64,000 bases of DNA from assembly GCA_951804945.1 (NCBI GenBank), contig OX638160.1, positions 36,704,001-36,768,000 on the forward strand, given 5' to 3'. The position numbers were made by a program, and so were the translations under genes. Shown one piece after another: positions 63,061-64,000 of the stretch. Numbering within the stretch: position 1 is the stretch's first letter; each line of letters begins with the position of its first letter. Below the pieces are notes generated by a model. It ran no database searches. It was given only the letters and a program-made list of their open reading frames with translations, and had not been told where the DNA came from. This DNA is from Podarcis cretensis (Eukaryota).

Positions 63061-63867
63061 TACAGCATGCTGCGTTCCATCCACACAAAAGCCAGAATTT
63101 TCAATACGCCCAACATCTTGCCATCTCCCATCTAGGCAAGCAAGGTGCACAATCACAGTCCTGTCAAGCAAAGCATTTGATGAGGATGCAGAGCAGCGCC
63201 GGTGACAGGAGTAGCTTGTGCCCAGAGGGGTGGAGAGGGGCGAGTCCTGAGGGCCAGAGAGAGAGAGAGAGATGGAGAACCACATTCATCCTGCAGACAG
63301 GAGCTTTTCCACCCCTAGTCTACCTCTTTGGGCCTAAATAGTTAAGCTGTGCCCTACACCTGATGTCATCTATGATATGCATGTGGCTAGGCTGAAAGGT
63401 GTTTTGGTTTTTTTAAGTACTACAGATCAGCCGATTTATCAGCCCCTGCAATGTGCTGTGTTGGTGTCAAACCCCACAGGCAAAGCGAAACAGATCTCCT
63501 GACATCACTGTGATGCCTCCTGCCTGTCAAACGTAGCTCGTGGGGTAGGGGGGAGGTAAGGATCAGGCCCGCAGGCTGGATCCAGTTCTCCACCCTTGAT
63601 TGAGGGTTTCAGGCGGGAGTCTTTTGGAACCTGAAAATGCCAGGAATTTGGAAGTGAGACTTGCACTGTGAAGGAACCCCAAAAGTGCAGCAGCCCAGCC
63701 AGGAGAAGGGTAGCAATTCTTAATGTGTATTCCAGATTCCCATGTGCCTAATCCAATTTCCTATAAGAAAACATAAAGTTTTGCCCATAGTAATCCTTTT
63801 CCATAGAGTCCTGCTAGTCAATTTTCTTTGGAAGTCAGCCATGATCGGACCACAATTTTTCTAAGTA

Positions 63868-63981
63868 ACATTCATTTAGGCATGTGAAGATAAGGCCAGT
63901 TCATCCTTGGTATCAAGAAGATCCTTTGTTTCAGAAAAATGAATCACACCCTTGTTCAAAACGTTGCGACCACATCAAGAG
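63868..63981 (-). repeat. Right arm of a long inverted repeat
   Basis: See 60924-61038. Confidence 0.9.
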
Positions 63982-64000
63982 TACAGTGATGAAGATGTCT

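Overview
Repeat-rich, apparently non-coding (intronic or intergenic) DNA from a squamate reptile, most likely a lacertid lizard. The taxon call rests on ten Sauria-SINE copies resembling the Podarcis-type consensus as I recall it, plus a Bov-B LINE. I recognise no host protein-coding exon. The ORFs I can assign are 3' fragments of LINE ORF2 (L1/Tx1-like, Bov-B, RTE, Rex1/Babar, CR1). Other content: Sauria SINEs (several with clean TSDs), CORE/MIR-like SINEs, tRNA- and 5S-derived SINEs, many L2 3' ends, hAT MITEs with 8-bp TSDs, Tigger-like MITEs, a Harbinger-like MITE, LTR-like remnants, microsatellites and two assembly gaps. The most notable structures are (1) a Penelope-like fold-back insertion at 27699-28243 with a 13-bp TSD and two degenerate minimal hammerhead ribozyme motifs, (2) an unexplained inverted repeat of about 110 bp and about 94% identity at 60924-61038 / 63868-63981, and (3) several nested insertions that give relative ages. 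I found no convincing new multi-gene system. Family names come from recalled consensus motifs, not database searches.
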